A stretch of 64,000 nucleotides of DNA, taken from Oscillospiraceae bacterium. GTDB lineage: Bacteria > Bacillota > Clostridia > Oscillospirales > Ruminococcaceae. Location: the NCBI GenBank assembly GCA_015067185.1, contig SVMZ01000012.1:2928-66927 (forward strand), in the 5' to 3' direction. A program made the translations under genes and the position numbers. A model generated the notes under the pieces. The model was given only the letters and a program-made list of their open reading frames with translations. It ran no database searches and had not been told where the DNA came from. Below, in pieces: positions 32,295-43,436 of the stretch (its first letter is position 1; each line of letters starts with the position of its first letter).

Positions 32295-33884
32295 TTGAAA
32301 ACAACACTTCATTTGATTGCATCCCTTCTTACTGTGTGCCTGCTTCTTGCCACGCTCTGCGGCTGCCATACCGACCTTTCATCGGAAAGCGGCTTTCAGG
32401 CACTTTTTAAACTGAATACCGAAGAGGAAAGCGTTCCGCCTCCCCGGGAACCGGAACAACTCACCGAGCTTTCTCTCCCCTATGATCCCACCGATACCGC
32501 AAATCTCTCCAAAATGCTGGACCCCTACTCCTCCCAAACCTTTGCCAACCGTTACATCTGTCAATTGATCTATGACCCGCTTTTCCGGATCAACGAAGAA
32601 ATGAAAGCCGAACCCTGTATTGCCTCTTCGGTCAAATATTCTTCCGTTGTCGTTTCGGAATATGAAACCTCCTATTTTTGTGTTATGACGTTGACAGAGG
32701 GACTTTTTTTCTCCGACGGCTCCGAAATCACCGTCTCCGATGTACTCTATTCCCTCTCTCTTGCTATAAAGAATGATTCCATCTACCGTGACGCCCTTGC
32801 CAATGTGATCAGCTACAACAAAAGCGGTGATAATCAAATCACCTTTAAACTTTATCAGCCGGACAACCTGTTTGCTTCTCTTCTTGATATTCCCATCGTC
32901 AAACGCAATACCGATGCAGAAAACGAGTTCTTTATCGGTTCCGGCCGCTACCGCCCCCTGCTTGTCAGCGGCAGCATCCATCTGATCAAAAACGAAAACT
33001 ATTACGATGTTAATAACAGCATGATCTCCCTGATCAACCTCATCGAAGTGGAAGACGGCAATATGCTGATGTATAACCTGAAAACAGGCATGATCGACTT
33101 TGCTTTCTTTGATTTTGACAGCGATACTCCCTATAATGCCGCAAGCGGCACCCAGTCGGTACAGCTGAACAATATGCTTTTCCTCGGTTTCAACGGAAAT
33201 ACACAGCCGGTCTCCTATACCGCCGTCAGAAAAGCCATTGCACTTACGCTGAACCGTGCACCTTACCTTGCTTCCTATTCCGGCATGGCCACAGCCGCCT
33301 ATACGCCTCAAAATCCGCTCTTCGGCCCTCTGAAACGTTATACTCCCGCTGAACCCGATGCGGAGGCAGCAGCTTCTCTTCTGCTTGAAGCAGGATATGA
33401 CACCCGGGATCCCTCCGGTGTTCTCCTCCGGAAGAACAGACGGCTTTCTCTGAATCTGTTGGTGAACAAAGAGGATGCACGCCGTATCGCCGTAGCAGAA
33501 CAGATTAAAGAACAGCTTACACCGCTGGGGTTTGAAATCGTCATTGAATCCCTCTCTTTCAGTGACTATACCTCCCGCCTTGCTTCAGGCGACTTTGATC
33601 TTTACCTCGGCGAAGTGAAACTGAAATACAATATGGATATTTCCGCATTGCTGGCAGGCGGTTCCATCGCATACAATACCCCTACCTCCCCCGAATTGCA
33701 GGAAACTTACACCGCCTGGCGTACCGGAGGTTCTCTCTCTGCCTTCAACAAAGAGTTTGAAAACACCCTTCCTTTCCTTCCTCTCCTGTTCCGCTGCGGT
33801 CAGGTTTCCTTTACCCGTGATCTCTCCTATAATATCGTCTCAATTGAAAAGGATATTTTTTATAATATTGCAGATTGGGAATAG
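32295..33884 (+). CDS. family-5 (peptide/nickel type) ABC substrate-binding lipoprotein, orphan
   Basis: Lipobox LLATLCGC after the signal peptide. SBP_bac_5-like core (TFANRYICQLIYDPLFRINEEMKAEPCIASS). TTG start 6 nt after AGGAGG. No permease or ATPase gene is adjacent. Confidence 0.75.
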   Translation: MKTTLHLIASLLTVCLLLATLCGCHTDLSSESGFQALFKLNTEEESVPPPREPEQLTELSLPYDPTDTANLSKMLDPYSSQTFANRYICQLIYDPLFRINEEMKAEPCIASSVKYSSVVVSEYETSYFCVMTLTEGLFFSDGSEITVSDVLYSLSLAIKNDSIYRDALANVISYNKSGDNQITFKLYQPDNLFASLLDIPIVKRNTDAENEFFIGSGRYRPLLVSGSIHLIKNENYYDVNNSMISLINLIEVEDGNMLMYNLKTGMIDFAFFDFDSDTPYNAASGTQSVQLNNMLFLGFNGNTQPVSYTAVRKAIALTLNRAPYLASYSGMATAAYTPQNPLFGPLKRYTPAEPDAEAAASLLLEAGYDTRDPSGVLLRKNRRLSLNLLVNKEDARRIAVAEQIKEQLTPLGFEIVIESLSFSDYTSRLASGDFDLYLGEVKLKYNMDISALLAGGSIAYNTPTSPELQETYTAWRTGGSLSAFNKEFENTLPFLPLLFRCGQVSFTRDLSYNIVSIEKDIFYNIADWE

Positions 33885-34017
33885 ATTTTTTCAAAGTATT
33901 GTAGTATAATATTAAATGAGGCAATTATGACATGGTGCAGGAGGGTTGTTTTTGCATCTTTCTGCATCTCAGTTCCCTATAAAAATAAATACCAATGAAT
34001 GAAAGAGGGATGTATAG

Positions 34018-34383
34018 ATGATCCGTGTAGAAAATCATCTGGGCGTAATCGAAATTTCTCACGATTATTTTTCCAAATTGATCGGTCACGCTGTCTCCGA
34101 ATGCTTCGGTGTTTCCGGAATGGTTGCTACCTCTCCCAGTCAGGAGATAAACTCTTTTGTCTTCCGCCGCGATTCCATTGATAAAGGTGTAAGAGTCCGC
34201 TCGTCCGGCGGCAAGCTCTATATTGATCTGCATATTGCGGTTAGCTACGGTTTGAACATTGCCGAGATCGTCAAGAGCATAATCAACAAGGTCAGATATG
34301 TTGTTGAGGACACAACCAACCTTCAGGTAGAAAAAGTCAATGTCTATGTAGACACTATGAAGGTCGCAAATTCTGATGCCTGA
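34018..34383 (+). CDS. Asp23/Gls24-family envelope stress protein
   Basis: 121 aa. GVIEISHDYFSKLIGHAVSECFGVSGM...VYVD is a typical Asp23 sequence, paired with a DAK2 gene downstream. Confidence 0.88.
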   Translation: MIRVENHLGVIEISHDYFSKLIGHAVSECFGVSGMVATSPSQEINSFVFRRDSIDKGVRVRSSGGKLYIDLHIAVSYGLNIAEIVKSIINKVRYVVEDTTNLQVEKVNVYVDTMKVANSDA

Positions 34384-34438
34384 TATGGCAAAGTTTAGAG
34401 CTTAGACGCTCGCATAGTTGGAAGGATGAGCTAAAAAA

Positions 34439-36094
34439 ATGATACAAGGAAACACTCTAAAGAATGCGTTTATCTCCGCTTATAATAACATAGCAAATGT
34501 AAAACAGAAGGTGGACGAACTCAACGTATTCCCTGTACCCGACGGCGATACCGGAAATAATATGTCTATGACGATGTCTGCCGCTGCTCGTCAGCTTGAG
34601 CGCGAAAACAGTGATTCTGTTTCAGATATTGCAAATTCCGCGGCTTCTGCCATGCTCAGAGGCGCCCGTGGAAACTCCGGTGTTATTCTCTCCCTTCTCT
34701 TCCGCGGCTTCTCCAAGGGACTTGCCGGAAAAGAAACGGCCTCCGGAAAAGATCTTGCCAAAGCGCTGACTCTCGGCGTGGAAGCTGCCTACAAGGCCGT
34801 TATGAAGCCCACCGAGGGCACCATACTTACCGTTGCCAGACTGGCCGCCGAAAAGGCCGTCAAATTTTCCGAGACCACCGATGATGCTGTCGCTGTCTTT
34901 GAAAAAATATATGAAGAGGCCAGGTCCGCCCTTGCCCTCACTCCCGATATGCTCCCTGTCCTGAAAAAGGCGGGTGTTGTAGATGCCGGCGGACAAGGTC
35001 TTGTTGTCATTCTCGAAGGAATGCTCTCCGTTATCCGTGACGGAAAATTTGTAGAGATTCAGCTGACAGAATCCGCTCCCTCCACACCTCCTCCCAGTGC
35101 CGCCCGTGATGCTGAATTTGATATTACATTCCTCTACTGCACAGAGTTTCTGATCAACAAATCCAATCCCGACGCCGATGCTCTCAAGCTTCGTGCTTTC
35201 GTAGAATCCATCGGTGACAGCGCCGTCGTCGTTGACGATACCGATATCATTAAATGCCATGTTCATACCGATAATCCCGGTCAGGTGCTTGATTTTGCCG
35301 TTAAATACGGTATGCTCTCTTCTATTAAAATTGAGAACATGTATGAGCAGCATCAGCGTCTGCAAAAGACCGATGCTCCCAAGGCTCCGTCTAAACCCAA
35401 AAACGTCTTTGAATATGCTTCTGTCGATCCCAGTGTAGACTTCGGTTTTGTTGCTGTTTCTGCTGGTGATGGTATTTCCACCATCTTCAAAGAACTGGGT
35501 GTTAACCAGGTGGTAAGCGGCGGTCAGACAATGAATCCCTCTACGGAGGATCTGCTCAGTGCTATCCAGGCTACTCCCGCGAAAACAGTTTTTGTTCTCC
35601 CCAACAATAAAAATATTATTATGGCTGCAGAACAGGCTGTTAAGCTTGCCGACCGTAATGTCTGCGTTATCCAGACCAAAAATATTCAGCAGGGCATCTC
35701 TGCCATGCTTACCTTTGATCCCGGTCTCCCCGCAGAACAAAATTGCCTTTCTATGACCAAGGCCTTTGAAGCAATCCAGACAGGCAGCATCACCTACGCT
35801 GCCCGTGACAGTGACTTTGGCGGACTTAAGATTCACGAGGGCGATATTATGGCCCTGGAAAACGGTAAAGTTTCCTTTATCGCTCCCAATCTGACCAAGG
35901 CCTGCACCAAGCTGATCCGCCAGTTATTGAATAAAGGCGGCAGTTATATCACCATGTATTATGGCTCCTCTGTCTCTGAATCTACTGCCAATGAGATTGA
36001 AGAGGCTGTCAGAGAAAAACTTCCCGAAGACGTGGAAGTTGTTATGGTAAGCGGCGGTCAGCCGGTATACTATTTCCTCATTTCTGTTGAATAA
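34439..36094 (+). CDS. DAK2 domain-containing protein (YloV-like)
   Basis: [14 protein letters not shown] and [11 protein letters not shown] motifs of the Dak phosphatase domain, plus a C-terminal DegV-like domain. Confidence 0.9.
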   Translation: MIQGNTLKNAFISAYNNIANVKQKVDELNVFPVPDGDTGNNMSMTMSAAARQLERENSDSVSDIANSAASAMLRGARGNSGVILSLLFRGFSKGLAGKETASGKDLAKALTLGVEAAYKAVMKPTEGTILTVARLAAEKAVKFSETTDDAVAVFEKIYEEARSALALTPDMLPVLKKAGVVDAGGQGLVVILEGMLSVIRDGKFVEIQLTESAPSTPPPSAARDAEFDITFLYCTEFLINKSNPDADALKLRAFVESIGDSAVVVDDTDIIKCHVHTDNPGQVLDFAVKYGMLSSIKIENMYEQHQRLQKTDAPKAPSKPKNVFEYASVDPSVDFGFVAVSAGDGISTIFKELGVNQVVSGGQTMNPSTEDLLSAIQATPAKTVFVLPNNKNIIMAAEQAVKLADRNVCVIQTKNIQQGISAMLTFDPGLPAEQNCLSMTKAFEAIQTGSITYAARDSDFGGLKIHEGDIMALENGKVSFIAPNLTKACTKLIRQLLNKGGSYITMYYGSSVSESTANEIEEAVREKLPEDVEVVMVSGGQPVYYFLISVE

Positions 36095-36126
36095 TTTCAG
36101 AATATAAAAAACATCGGAGGTCAACT

Positions 36127-37377
36127 ATGAACAGCTTTGCAGACTATTCTATCGATTTCATTAAAGAATTCGATCCCGAAGTTGCGGAAGGTATGGATCT
36201 TGAACTCAAACGTCAGCGCCGCAACATCGAACTTATTGCTTCCGAGAACATTGTCTCCCCCGCAGTTCTTGCTGCAATGGGAAGTGTTCTCACCAACAAA
36301 TATGCTGAAGGTTACCCCGGCAAACGTTACTACGGCGGTTGCGAGTGCGTTGATATTGTTGAAAACATTGCACGCGACCGTGCCTGCAAACTCTTTGGTG
36401 CTGAGCATGCCAATGTACAGCCCCATTCCGGCGCCCAGGCAAACCTTGCCGTATACTTTGCCCTTCTTGAAACCGGCGATACCGTTCTTGGCATGAGCCT
36501 TGCAGCAGGCGGTCACCTCACCCATGGTTCCGGTGTCAACATGTCCGGTAAAAACTACAACTTCATCTCCTACGGCGTTGATGACAACACCGGCATGATC
36601 GACTATGACGATTTCCGCCGTATTGCCATTGAAAACAAACCCAAGCTTATCGTAGCCGGTGCCAGTGCCTATCCCCGCATTATTGACTTTGCTAAAATTC
36701 GCGAAATCGCAGACGAAGTCGGTGCCTATTTCATGGTAGATATGGCCCACATTGCCGGTCTTGTTGCCGCAGGTCTTCATCCGTCCCCCGTTCCCTATGC
36801 AGATGTTGTCACCACCACCACCCATAAGACCCTCAGAGGCCCCCGCGGCGGTATGATCCTCTGCCGTGAAGAACTTGCCAAAAAGATTGATAAGGCTATC
36901 TTCCCCGGTACTCAGGGAGGTCCCCTCATGCACATCATCGCAGCCAAAGCTGTCTGCTTCGGCGAAGCTCTTCAGGACAGCTTCAAAGTCTACCAGAAGA
37001 ATATTGTTGATAACGCTAAGGCTCTTGCCGATGCTCTTATGGCTAAAGGTTTCGATCTCGTCTCCGGTGGCACCGATAACCACCTCATGCTCCTTGATCT
37101 GCGCAGCATGAACGTTACCGGTAAAGATCTCGAGGCCCGTCTTGATGAGGTCTATATCACTGTCAATAAGAACGCTATTCCCAACGATCCTCAGAAACCG
37201 ACAATCACCAGCGGTGTCCGCATCGGTACCCCCGCTGTCACCAGCCGCGGCATGAACACCGAGGATATGAAAGAGATTGCAGAGTGCATCTACCTTGCAG
37301 CAACCGACTTTGAGAACAGCGCCGATGCCATCCGTGCCCGTGTTGTTGCTCTGTGCAACAAATATCCTCTTTATTGA
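36127..37377 (+). CDS. glyA: serine hydroxymethyltransferase
   Basis: [27 protein letters not shown] and the PLP site [14 protein letters not shown]. Confidence 0.98.
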   Translation: MNSFADYSIDFIKEFDPEVAEGMDLELKRQRRNIELIASENIVSPAVLAAMGSVLTNKYAEGYPGKRYYGGCECVDIVENIARDRACKLFGAEHANVQPHSGAQANLAVYFALLETGDTVLGMSLAAGGHLTHGSGVNMSGKNYNFISYGVDDNTGMIDYDDFRRIAIENKPKLIVAGASAYPRIIDFAKIREIADEVGAYFMVDMAHIAGLVAAGLHPSPVPYADVVTTTTHKTLRGPRGGMILCREELAKKIDKAIFPGTQGGPLMHIIAAKAVCFGEALQDSFKVYQKNIVDNAKALADALMAKGFDLVSGGTDNHLMLLDLRSMNVTGKDLEARLDEVYITVNKNAIPNDPQKPTITSGVRIGTPAVTSRGMNTEDMKEIAECIYLAATDFENSADAIRARVVALCNKYPLY

Positions 37378-37435
37378 TTCTTAGCTCAGAAAGAGCATTT
37401 TATAACTTTAAATTTTTCTCAAGGAAGTGTTTTAA

Positions 37436-38506
37436 ATGCAGGAAATCAGCATTCAGTTGACCACTACTCCCAAACAGAAACCGCTTGACGAATCCAAGCT
37501 CGGTTTTGGTAACATCTTTACCGACCACATGTTCCTCATGAACTACAAGACCGGTGAAGGCTGGATCAACCCCCGCATCGTTCCTTATGGCCCCATCGCT
37601 CTGGATCCCGCCGCTATGTGCCTGCACTACGGCCAGGAGATCTTTGAGGGCATGAAGGCTTACCGCGCCGATGACGGCCGCATTCTCCTGTTCCGTCCGG
37701 AAGAGAACTTCAAGCGCATGAACGATTCCAACGCCCGTCTTTGCATCCCCCCCGTTGACATCGACTTCTGCATCCACGCTCTCAGCGAGCTGGTCAAGAT
37801 CGATCAGGAGTGGATTCCCCACATGAAGGATACCTCCCTCTACATCCGTCCCTTCGTATTCTCCATTGACCCGCATCTCGGCGTACGCGCTGCCAATGAA
37901 TACATCTTTGCCATCATCCTCTCCCCCTCCGGCTCCTACTATGCTGAGGGCCTTAAACCCGTTAAGATTTATGTTGAGCACAAATATGCCCGTTCCGTTA
38001 AGGGCGGCACCGGTATGGCTAAGGCAGCCGGCAACTACGCTACCTCCCTTATCGCTCAGGAAGAGGCTCATGCACAGGGTTATTCTCAGGTTCTCTGGCT
38101 GGACGGTGCTCAGAAGAAGTATGTTGAAGAAGTTGGCGCTATGAACATCTTCTTCAAGATCGGTGATGAGATCGTTACTCCGGAGCTGGGCGGCAGCATC
38201 CTCCCCGGCATTACCCGTAAATCCGTTCTCGAACTGCTCAGAAGCCTTGGTTACAATGCAACCGAGCGTCTTCTCCCCATGCAGGAGATCGTTGATGCTT
38301 ACAACAACGGCAAGCTGGACGAAGTTTTCGGCACCGGTACCGCTGCTGTTATCTCCCCCGTTGGCGTTCTCAAATATGATGATCTCGTCATGAATATCAA
38401 CGAAGGCAACATCGGCCCTGTTTCCCAGATGCTGTATGACAAACTCACCGGCATTCAGTGGGGACGTGAAGAAGATACCTTCGGCTGGACCCGTGAAATC
38501 AAATAA
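37436..38506 (+). CDS. ilvE: branched-chain amino acid aminotransferase
   Basis: 356-aa class IV aminotransferase: FEGMKAYR, SLYIRP, GGTGMAKAAGNYA, EVGAMNIFF, GTGTAAVISPV. Confidence 0.95.
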   Translation: MQEISIQLTTTPKQKPLDESKLGFGNIFTDHMFLMNYKTGEGWINPRIVPYGPIALDPAAMCLHYGQEIFEGMKAYRADDGRILLFRPEENFKRMNDSNARLCIPPVDIDFCIHALSELVKIDQEWIPHMKDTSLYIRPFVFSIDPHLGVRAANEYIFAIILSPSGSYYAEGLKPVKIYVEHKYARSVKGGTGMAKAAGNYATSLIAQEEAHAQGYSQVLWLDGAQKKYVEEVGAMNIFFKIGDEIVTPELGGSILPGITRKSVLELLRSLGYNATERLLPMQEIVDAYNNGKLDEVFGTGTAAVISPVGVLKYDDLVMNINEGNIGPVSQMLYDKLTGIQWGREEDTFGWTREIK

Positions 38507-38524
38507 GTATTCCAATAATAACAA

Positions 38525-38566
38525 GACCGACGCCGTCGCAAAAGCGAAAGCGTCGGTCATTTTTTC
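38525..38566 (+). terminator. intrinsic terminator after ilvE
   Basis: GACCGACGC-16 nt-GCGTCGGTC followed by ATTTTTTC. Confidence 0.75.
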
Positions 38567-38681
38567 TCAAAACAAAATCCTCACATCACACAGGAAGTAT
38601 AGAACCGTGAAACCGCTCCCTATGGTAACCAGATATCATTTTTACAGCAGGCAACCTCTTTCATACACACATTGGGGATTA

Positions 38682-39521
38682 TCATGCAAGAAATTTTTCA
38701 CTAAGCATATAATCACATGCCGTGCGTATAAACACAAGTTTTGCCTCCTTGATAGGCATGGGTGCATTACGCTCACCAAGGATTTCCAAATTAAACAATC
38801 CCTTGTAATCCACATCATGCAAGGCGCTCAAAACCTCTTTCCAGTCCACACCGTAGCGTGCACTGAACGGCATCTGGTGGGTATCTCCGATACCGTTGTT
38901 ATCGGCAATATGCAGGGCTTGCAGCAGATCTCCCGCCTCTAAAATAAACTCCCGATGGCTCTGTTCTGTCAGCTTGTTTACTCTGCTGAGATGCAAATGG
39001 CCTGTATCCAGACAGATGGCAAGATTTTTACCACCGGCATCCTTTATGATGGATTTGATCTGAGTTGCCATACAGCACTGCGGAACAGAAAACAGATTTT
39101 CAATACAAAGCGTTACCCCTGTGCCTTCCACATATTCCGACAACCTGCGGATATAATGAATCCAACGGTCATACCTCTCTTCTTCCGTCAGTTTTGCACC
39201 GCCGCTTGTATGCAGAATTGCCTTTCCGATTCCGGCAGCGGCAAACAGATCCAGTTCCGGCTTCAACCGCTCCAGTGCAGAATCATCGCACAGACCGCAA
39301 TCAAAGCTCAGGTGTCCCTGCGGAATGATGTATTCATAGCTGTCCGCACATTGCCGCAGGGCTTTTCCCTCTGCTGTAGGGTTGCCCTTTTTCATCAGCT
39401 GCGCAAGGTGGGTAAGAGAAAGCTCACCATGGGTAAATCCGGCTTTCGCCAACCTGGAAATCGCTTCCTCTACAGGCAATTCCTCAAAATAATCAATCCA
39501 TACAGAAGCAGGAATTTTCAT
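38682..39521 (-). CDS. sugar phosphate isomerase/epimerase (xylose isomerase-like TIM barrel)
   Basis: 279 aa with LCIENL, ICLDTGHLH and HIADNNG..DTHQ, metal-ligand motifs typical of AP_endonuc_2/TIM-barrel isomerases. Confidence 0.75.
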   Translation of the reverse strand: MKIPASVWIDYFEELPVEEAISRLAKAGFTHGELSLTHLAQLMKKGNPTAEGKALRQCADSYEYIIPQGHLSFDCGLCDDSALERLKPELDLFAAAGIGKAILHTSGGAKLTEEERYDRWIHYIRRLSEYVEGTGVTLCIENLFSVPQCCMATQIKSIIKDAGGKNLAICLDTGHLHLSRVNKLTEQSHREFILEAGDLLQALHIADNNGIGDTHQMPFSARYGVDWKEVLSALHDVDYKGLFNLEILGERNAPMPIKEAKLVFIRTACDYMLSEKFLA

Positions 39522-39579
39522 AGCAATACCTCCGCGTTATATCTTCATCCAATGGTTTTATGATAAAAAATAATCTATA

Positions 39580-39615
39580 CAAAATCGGCACAGCAGTTTA
39601 TTCTGCTATGCCGAT
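39580..39615 (-). terminator. intrinsic terminator after the Peripla_BP_2-type SBP gene
   Basis: Minus-strand AUCGGCAUAGCAG-aauaaa-CUGCUGUGCCGAU followed by UUUUGUAU. Confidence 0.7.
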
Positions 39616-39652
39616 CAACAGTCTTATCAATTTATCCGGCTTCCTTTTTCTC

Positions 39653-40669
39653 TCAGTCTGTCTGAGCAGCTGTCTGCAGCTTTACCAGTTCTTCCACAAC
39701 ATCCACCAGCTTTTCAAACATTCTCAGTCCCTGACGCTCAAAACAAACCATATCCACCCGGATAACCCGCTTCTGTTTTACGGCAGCAGAATTGGCATAA
39801 ATTTTGCTTTTTTCCAACTCAGTCTCGGTAATTTCCTCATCCGCAATAATCATATCCGGCAAGAGATTTTCCACATCATCCTCAGGATAACTCCATCCAC
39901 CATATTTTTCTGCGGCATTCTTAAAACCCAGTTTCGTTATCAATTCGCCTTCCAGCGTATCCGCTGTTGCAACCGTCAGCGCAGCCAGCCTCAGGTAGAT
40001 CACCTTTTCAACGCCTTCCAAATCTTTGGCTTTTTCACTCGCTTTATCCAGCAAAGTCATGCATTTATTCCAATGCTCTTCACTGATTGCTGCTCCGCTT
40101 TCCGCCCCCGCAGAAAACAGCGCAAGATTCTTATAGAGCTTTTCCAGCTCTGCCAGCCGTATGGCCGGTGCAAACACAATCACTTCAATATCCGCCTGCT
40201 GCAGCTGCGTCAATTCCTCTTCCGGCAAACCGGCAGAAGTAAACAAATACTGCGGTGCCAGCGCCCTGATCGCCTCTACATCCGGCACCAGTGCGGTGCC
40301 GCACTGCGGCAGCTCTGTCATAGCCGCAGGATAATCACAGTAGTTTCCCACTCCGACAATCAGCTCTTCAAAGCCCATATCGTCCATAATCTCGCACAGC
40401 GATGGGGACAGCACCACCACACTTTGGGGCTGTTCCTCAATAACAATTCCATTCACCGTAACAGGCCATTCCTGTGGCTCCGGTTCACTGCTCTCTTCAA
40501 CAGCAGAGCTCTCCGATTCCTCCGATTCCTCCGAACTCTCCTCTGAGACAGCTTCACTCTCTTCTCTGTTGATGAATCCCTCTATTTGTTCTATGATATC
40601 GCAGCCTGAAAACAGCAAAATAATAAGCACCAGTGCAAATGCGACGGTCATTTTTATATATCTGCTCAT
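39653..40669 (-). CDS. iron-siderophore/cobalamin-type (Peripla_BP_2) ABC substrate-binding lipoprotein, orphan
   Basis: Lipobox LLFSGC, acidic S/E linker, then VVVLSPSLCEIMDDMGFEELIVGVGNYCDYP, typical of BtuF/FhuD-like binders. No cognate permease or ATPase lies nearby. Confidence 0.75.
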   Translation of the reverse strand: MSRYIKMTVAFALVLIILLFSGCDIIEQIEGFINREESEAVSEESSEESEESESSAVEESSEPEPQEWPVTVNGIVIEEQPQSVVVLSPSLCEIMDDMGFEELIVGVGNYCDYPAAMTELPQCGTALVPDVEAIRALAPQYLFTSAGLPEEELTQLQQADIEVIVFAPAIRLAELEKLYKNLALFSAGAESGAAISEEHWNKCMTLLDKASEKAKDLEGVEKVIYLRLAALTVATADTLEGELITKLGFKNAAEKYGGWSYPEDDVENLLPDMIIADEEITETELEKSKIYANSAAVKQKRVIRVDMVCFERQGLRMFEKLVDVVEELVKLQTAAQTD

Positions 40670-40857
40670 TTGTTTCTCCGATACAGTTGATATAAATCAT
40701 TATATATTTTACAACTTTTACAGCTGTATGTCAATTCCGCCGTTGTTTTCTTGCAAAAAAACTCTTTTTCTCATTTCCTCCTGTCTTTCCCGTTGAAAAA
40801 AAACTCAAAATGGTGTATTATGTAAAAAGCACCTACCCATACTCTTCTTTGAAAGGT

Positions 40858-42171
40858 ATGACCCGAACCATGCAAGGTTACGATTATTTTTATTCTCTCT
40901 CTAAATTCGGTTCCCGTCCCGGACTGGAGCGCGTCTCACGCCTGGCCGAGCTCTGCGGACGGCCCGATAAAAAACTGAATATTATCCACGTCGCAGGAAC
41001 CAACGGCAAAGGCACCACCGTTTATTCTCTGTCCGCGATCCTCACAGCCGCCGGATACAAAACAGGCTGTTTCATGTCCCCATATGTGCTGGATCCGCGT
41101 GAATGCCTCCTTATTAACGGTATTCCTCTCACACGGGAACAGTTTGATAATGCCATCCTCGCCGTCAAGCCCTATGCCGACAGCATGGGAGCTGACGGTC
41201 CGACCGAGTTTGAATTACAATGTGTTGCTGCCCTGAAATATTTTTATGACCAGGGCTGCGATACCGTCTGTCTCGAAGTGGGCATGGGCGGATTGCTGGA
41301 TGCCACTAACTTTATTGATACGCCATTACTCTCTGTCATCTGCGCCATCTCCATCGATCATACCGCATGGCTCGGCGAAAGTGTCGCTGAGATTGCTGCC
41401 CATAAATGCGGTATTATCAAAGAAGGCGGAAAGACTGTCGCCTATCCTGTTCAGCCGGATGATGCCATGCAGGTTATTCACGCCACTGCCGCCGCCCGGC
41501 ACAATCTTCTCGAACTCCCTGACCTCTCCGCTGTGTCAGACCTGACATACGATACCGCCCATCGCGCCTCCTTTTCCTATAAAGGGCTTTCCTTCTCCTT
41601 AACTATGCCGGGAGAACATCAACTGTACAACGCTCTGACTGTCACCGAAGCCGCTCTTGCGCTCCGCAATACCCATATTGAAATATCAGACAAAAATATT
41701 ACAGACAGTATAAATTCCACTCATCTTCCCGCCCGTGTGGAAATCATCGATTTTCCCGCTGCCAATACCGCACCCGTCCGCCGTGTCATCATCGATGCCG
41801 GACACGATCTTCAGGGGATAGAAGCCTTGTGCTCTGTGCTGGATTCTATGCAGTTTGATCGTCCGCCTGTCGCCGTCGCCGGTATGCTCTCTGACAAGGA
41901 TTATACCGCCTGCGCCGCCCTTCTGGCCAAACGCTGCCGCTCCATTCATGCTGCCCCGCCAAAAAGTCCGCGGGCCCTCCCAGCCGAATCTTTTGCTGCC
42001 GCAGCCAAAGCTGCCAAGGCCAATTGCTGCATCAGCTGCCACGGAGACATCTTTACTGCCCTCGCTGCGGCGGAAGCCGAGCTGCTGCCCGGTGATACGC
42101 TTTTAATCAGCGGTTCCTTCTATGTCGCCATGGAGCTGCGCCGCATCATTTTGGAAAAAACAAAGAATTGA
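40858..42171 (+). CDS. folC: bifunctional folylpolyglutamate synthase/dihydrofolate synthase
   Basis: P-loop HVAGTNGKGTT and Mur-ligase-type middle and C-terminal domains. The start is uncertain (40810, 40858 or 40870). Confidence 0.9.
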   Translation: MTRTMQGYDYFYSLSKFGSRPGLERVSRLAELCGRPDKKLNIIHVAGTNGKGTTVYSLSAILTAAGYKTGCFMSPYVLDPRECLLINGIPLTREQFDNAILAVKPYADSMGADGPTEFELQCVAALKYFYDQGCDTVCLEVGMGGLLDATNFIDTPLLSVICAISIDHTAWLGESVAEIAAHKCGIIKEGGKTVAYPVQPDDAMQVIHATAAARHNLLELPDLSAVSDLTYDTAHRASFSYKGLSFSLTMPGEHQLYNALTVTEAALALRNTHIEISDKNITDSINSTHLPARVEIIDFPAANTAPVRRVIIDAGHDLQGIEALCSVLDSMQFDRPPVAVAGMLSDKDYTACAALLAKRCRSIHAAPPKSPRALPAESFAAAAKAAKANCCISCHGDIFTALAAAEAELLPGDTLLISGSFYVAMELRRIILEKTKN

Positions 42172-42195
42172 CGACAACACACCGTTGCCTATAGC

Positions 42196-42234
42196 AAAAA
42201 ACGAGAGAAGTCCGGCAGACTTCTCTCGTTTTTT
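42196..42234. terminator. bidirectional terminator between folC and the G5/3D gene
   Basis: AAAAAACGAGAGAAGT-ccggcag-ACTTCTCTCGTTTTTT. Confidence 0.85.
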
Positions 42235-42309
42235 GCTATGATTTTGTCAGTTTATCGAAACCAAATTACTCTTTTCCCACCTGGAAACATTTACTAATTG
42301 TATTTAAAA

Positions 42310-43362
42310 TCACGGAGTTTCCAGTATGTATATATTCAATCTTCGATATCCGTTTAACACACTTTCAATGTAGGTAGAGTAGAAGAGATCCACCGTACCG
42401 TAACCGGACATCAGTGCTGATCCGGAATCTGCTGCTATGGCATACCCATAGACAAACTTACCGTCCGCAGAAGTAATGTACATCTTGGTTCCCAACGGAA
42501 TCTTTTCATAGTTTACCGCCACATACCCGGGAGCCGCCTTCCAGCCGCCCAATGTTCCCGCTCCGGGCGGTGCAGAATAACCGGTGGCAACACCCTCGCT
42601 GATCAAATATTCGTATTTCACCGGCACATTGTTTACAACCGGATACTCCTCAAACACCAACGGCGATACCGGCACCCCGGCTTTTCCCACCAGTGTTTCT
42701 TTTGCAACCGGCGCTCTTATCACATCATCTGAGATCAGCTCGGTGGAGAGAATTTCTCCGTCCATAGTGACGTTCATATAAGTAAGCATTCTTACTCCGT
42801 CCACACCGGAACTGAGCATCCGTGTCCGCCCATTTCTCATCAGAGAAGTATAGCGCACGTTTGTCTCAAAGGGGACCTCCACTTCCTCATATGTAAGGCT
42901 GTATTCCATCCGTGTGACTATAATATAGTCTCCGTCGTTCACCTGTTTCCACAGCTTTTTGCTCACCAGATCATCACTGTCAATATCAATGTTTGCAGCA
43001 GCGAGCGCCTGTCCTACTGTGCCGCCATATACATTCATGGTTCTCTCCACACCGTCAGCAAGGATCGTAATCTCTTTCGCTTTCAACAGTGTAATTTCGG
43101 CCACCTTTCCCACATATCCGGTATAAACAACCGTGTCAGTGGGTTCCGGTTCCACCTCAAAATGCACAAGCAGTTCTTCCAGTGACATTTCCGGGAGAAT
43201 TTCCAGTCTCGTTCCGTTTTCATCTCTGTAAAAAACGGCATTATTGCTCCAGAATACAAAGTACACCATCGCAGCCACCGCAGCAGACAGCAAAGCAGCA
43301 GCAAATCCGCAGGACCTGATATAGCACGGTATATTCAGAAGCGTCTGCAGCAGTTTTCGCAT
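42310..43362 (-). CDS. YabE-like cell-wall protein (N-terminal TM, G5 domain, C-terminal 3D domain)
   Basis: G5-like segment (VEVPFETNVRYTS...RMLSSGVDGVRMLTY...G) and a 3D/MltA-like C-terminus (GVATGYS...VAVNYEKIPLGTKMYI...ADSGSAL). Confidence 0.75.
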   Translation of the reverse strand: MRKLLQTLLNIPCYIRSCGFAAALLSAAVAAMVYFVFWSNNAVFYRDENGTRLEILPEMSLEELLVHFEVEPEPTDTVVYTGYVGKVAEITLLKAKEITILADGVERTMNVYGGTVGQALAAANIDIDSDDLVSKKLWKQVNDGDYIIVTRMEYSLTYEEVEVPFETNVRYTSLMRNGRTRMLSSGVDGVRMLTYMNVTMDGEILSTELISDDVIRAPVAKETLVGKAGVPVSPLVFEEYPVVNNVPVKYEYLISEGVATGYSAPPGAGTLGGWKAAPGYVAVNYEKIPLGTKMYITSADGKFVYGYAIAADSGSALMSGYGTVDLFYSTYIESVLNGYRRLNIYILETP

Positions 43363-43391
43363 AAGACTTCCTTTTTCAAAATCAGTTTTAC

Positions 43392-43426
43392 AAAAATGAA
43401 AGCGACTTATATTTCAAAGCCGCTTT
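43392..43426 (-). terminator. intrinsic terminator after the CNNM/CorC gene
   Basis: Minus-strand AAAGCGGCUU-ugaaauau-AAGUCGCUUU followed by CAUUUUUG. Confidence 0.65.
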
Positions 43427-43436
43427 ATGTGTGAAA

